From contig NC_042998.1 in the NCBI RefSeq assembly GCF_006345805.1, positions 187,798,001 to 187,862,000 of the forward strand: a DNA stretch of 64,000 bases, read 5' to 3'. A program made the position numbers and the translations under genes. This document shows positions 63,629 to 64,000 of the stretch, piece after piece (the first letter of the stretch is position 1; each line of letters opens with the position of its first letter). The stretch is from Octopus sinensis. Lineage: Eukaryota. The notes beneath the pieces were generated by a model, which saw only the letters and a list, made by a program, of their open reading frames with translations, had not been told where the DNA came from and did not search any database.

Positions 63629-63933
63629 ATCATCATCATCATCGTTTAGCATCCACTTTCCATGCTAGCATGGGACTGGACGGTTCAACTGGGGTCTGGG
63701 AAGCCAGAAGGTTGCACCAGGCCCAGTCTGATCTGGCAATGTTTCTACGGCTGGATGCCCTTCCTAATGCCAACCACTCCGTGAGTGTAGTGGGTGCTTT
63801 TACATTCCACCAGCACAGGTGCCAGAGGAGGCTGGCAAATGGCCATGATCGGATGGTGCTTTTTATGTGCCACCAGCATGGGGGCCAGGCGAGGCTGGCA
63901 ACAGCCACGATCGGATGGTGCTTTTTACGTGCC
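63629..63933 (-). mobile_element. RTE LINE 3' end fragment
   Basis: (CAT)n GTTTAGCATCCACTTTCCATGCTAGCATGGG, with repeated GATCGGATGGTGCTTTTTA units. Confidence 0.9.
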
Positions 63934-64000
63934 ATACTGAAAAAAAGGTGGTGGTGGTGGGAAATTCAGGGCAGATGCAGTATCTGAATTTGGAAACCAA

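Overview
AT-rich, repeat-saturated eukaryotic non-coding DNA. The SINE, RTE and Penelope families look like those of an octopus (coleoid cephalopod) genome; this is recognition of the repeat families, not a database result. I found no intact host protein-coding gene, rRNA, tRNA or CRISPR array. Nearly all listed ORFs are microsatellite or TE artefacts or decayed retroelement frames. The window holds decayed RTE, CR1-group, L1/Tx1-like and R4-like LINE pieces, several Penelope-like (GIY-YIG) relics, three tRNA-derived SINE families with swappable LINE-derived tails, non-autonomous Helitrons, a Merlin derivative, several MITEs, and many local tandem or inverted duplications. The most interesting signal is a set of hammerhead-ribozyme (HHR) motifs: (1) a near-intact minimal type I HHR at the tip of a long rod-like hairpin (26150-26430, retrozyme-like); (2) a three-copy short repeat with a non-canonical CUGUNGAA core; (3) a permuted HHR-like motif in each unit of an ~830-bp tandem array; (4) decayed HHRs at the 3' ends of two Penelope relics. 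All coordinates were read by eye and ends may be off by a few bases.
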